NCBI GenBank assembly: GCA_964576795.1
Contig: CAZNWT010000001.1
Span: 56,697-120,696, forward strand
From: an uncultured Victivallales bacterium
GTDB taxonomy: Bacteria > Verrucomicrobiota > Kiritimatiellia > UBA8416
Length of the DNA: 64,000 nucleotides
Direction: 5' to 3'
The first letter of the stretch is position 1. Every line of letters begins with the position of its first letter. The notes below the pieces were generated by a model, which saw nothing but the letters and a program-made list of their open reading frames with translations, did not search any database and had not been told where the DNA came from. Made by a program: the position numbers and the translations under genes. This document shows, piece by piece, positions 62,598 to 64,000 of this stretch.

Positions 62598-63701
62598 ATG
62601 CCTTTGAAATGGAAACAACAGTGGATTGCAGATGAGTGTTATGAGTCGGCAGGTGTTTTTGATGTCGACGGGGACGGGGTGCTCGACATTGTCAACGGCG
62701 GCTTCTGGTACCAGGGACCGGATTTCCGCAAAAAACACTTCATCGGTCCAGTTCGAGCCGAGGGTGAGTACTACGACGATTTTTCGACCATCGCTCTTGA
62801 CGTCAACGGGGATGGCCGCATGGATTTCATCACCGGCGGCTACTGGGGCAATACCCTCCGTTGGCGGGAAAACCCAGGCGAGGCCGGAAAGCCCTGGCCG
62901 GAGCATATTATTGCCGAAGTCGGCAATGTCGAAACCACCCGCGCCTGGGATATCGATGGTGATGGGATTATCGAAATCATCCCCAACACCCCTCCAAATC
63001 CGGAAGTGGCGTACTATAAGCTGATCACCGACAAGGCAGGCAAGGGGACGGGCAAGTTCAAGAAGGTCGTGGTCTATAAGTTCCCTGAAGGCGGACAGGG
63101 ACACGGGCTCGGGTGTGGCGATATCGCAGGCAATGGGCGCATGGATATTGTTCTGGCCAAAGGCTGGCTCGAGGCACCAGCAGATCCGGAAAAGGGGCCT
63201 TGGAGCTGGCATCCAGATTTTCCCAATCCGCCGTGGGGCTGGGCGGCTAGCATACCCATGCTGGTGGTGGACATCAATGGCGACGGCCGCAACGAGATCA
63301 TCACCGGGAATGCACATGGCTATGGACTCTGGTGGAGTGAACAGACTATCGTCGATGGACAGCGCACCTGGACGCATCATCCTATTGATCCTTACAACGC
63401 CCAGTATCACGACCTGATATGGGTAGATATCGATGGCGATGGTCAATGCGAGCTGGTTACCGGTAAGCGACACCGTGCGCATTGTGGCAACGAGGCTGGC
63501 GAATGGGACGACATCGGCATGTACTACTTCAAGTGGACGGGTGAGGGATTTGCCAAGCAGGTCATTGACTATGGGGCGATCGGGACAGGCAAAGGTTGCG
63601 GTATCCATTTTGCCGTTGCCGACCTGCGAAAGTCAGGCCACCAGGATATTATTGCTCCCGGCAAAGACGGTCTGTCTGTGTTTTTCAATGAAGGATTCTG
63701 A
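62598..63701 (+). CDS. FG-GAP/VCBS repeat protein without a signal peptide
   Basis: Repeated DVDGDG, DVNGDG, DIDGDG, DINGDG and DLRKSG motifs; GGAAGGGA RBS before the ATG at 62598. Confidence 0.88.
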   Translation: MPLKWKQQWIADECYESAGVFDVDGDGVLDIVNGGFWYQGPDFRKKHFIGPVRAEGEYYDDFSTIALDVNGDGRMDFITGGYWGNTLRWRENPGEAGKPWPEHIIAEVGNVETTRAWDIDGDGIIEIIPNTPPNPEVAYYKLITDKAGKGTGKFKKVVVYKFPEGGQGHGLGCGDIAGNGRMDIVLAKGWLEAPADPEKGPWSWHPDFPNPPWGWAASIPMLVVDINGDGRNEIITGNAHGYGLWWSEQTIVDGQRTWTHHPIDPYNAQYHDLIWVDIDGDGQCELVTGKRHRAHCGNEAGEWDDIGMYYFKWTGEGFAKQVIDYGAIGTGKGCGIHFAVADLRKSGHQDIIAPGKDGLSVFFNEGF

Positions 63702-63746
63702 GCGTTCCGAGGAGAGAGAGGGACACACCGTCTGTGCATGTTGCCG

Positions 63747-63805
63747 TGCGTGACTGTATCGCGCGTTGTAGTCGTCATTGCATAACGTATTCCCGCCGTC
63801 AGGCG
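63747..63805 (+). repeat. Second copy of REP family C
   Basis: GTGCGTGACTGTATCGCGCGTTGTAGTCGTCATTGCATAACGTA..TCAGGCG aligns with 24777-24837. Confidence 0.7.
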
Positions 63806-63881
63806 ACGGGTCGAGCTGACGGCCCAGAAAACCGGACATAATCTGGAGCTACAACGGCAATATAACAGGTAGAATGAGACC

Positions 63882-63910
63882 TTGATGCCCCGACATCTGG
63901 TATTTACTAT
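63882..63910 (+). promoter_or_regulatory. Sigma70-like promoter positioned for a leaderless transcript
   Basis: TTGATG, 17-nt spacer, TACTAT, with the ATG 7 nt downstream. Confidence 0.55.
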
Positions 63911-63916
63911 GTAGTT

Positions 63917-64000
63917 ATGAAGGAGCTGAGATTCGAATGGGATGAACGGAAGGCTGCCTGCCAACTCCGTACTCGCCACTGCCGTCCTACTGGCCTTGCA
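63917..64000 (+). pseudogene. BrnT-toxin-like N-terminus that diverges after 14 codons (runs off the window end)
   Basis: MKELRFEWDERKAA matches the BrnT FEWDxxK motif; the expected N..KHG continuation is missing. Confidence 0.55.

Overview
Chromosomal window from a Gram-negative bacterium of about 50-55% GC. The gene content (sulfatase, Gfo/Idh/MocA and FG-GAP proteins, TPR/VWA/ExbBD clusters, rny-ymdB next to lipid A genes) looks PVC-like, possibly Kiritimatiellota or Lentisphaerota; this taxonomy is an inference. From left to right: (1) the end of a catabolic operon (class III aminotransferase, M20 deacylase, Zn-dehydrogenase, Gfo/Idh/MocA, NAD epimerase) plus a TetR/sulfatase divergon; (2) a radical SAM-SPASM + GT4 pair and a hybrid histidine kinase; (3) envelope genes, rpsU, a TIM-barrel/GDP-sugar reductase/flippase operon and an AAA-ATPase pseudogene; (4) SDR-folB-murC-like and an nfeD-nfeD-floA operon; (5) a five-gene cluster of a circularly permuted flavin/Fe-S membrane oxidoreductase, DUF547, a CesA-like GT2, a GT-C/GT2 fusion and a TIGR04282-type transferase; (6) ACP-lpxL, a receiver protein and oppDF; (7) a housekeeping block (xseAB, ymdB, rny, 5-FCL, rarA, 6S RNA, pheTS, rplT, rpmI, infC with an AUU start, thrS); (8) an exbB-exbD-TPR-VWA operon whose TonB-position protein ends in a MIDAS VWA domain; (9) argH, fmdB and a decaying AraC-regulated sugar island with a deleted GH4 gene, a URO-D relic and a BrnT-like relic. 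Intergenic DNA carries several GTAG-type REP families and a TA-flanked MITE. No tRNA, rRNA, CRISPR array or intact transposase was seen. All family assignments come from motif recognition by eye, not from database searches.
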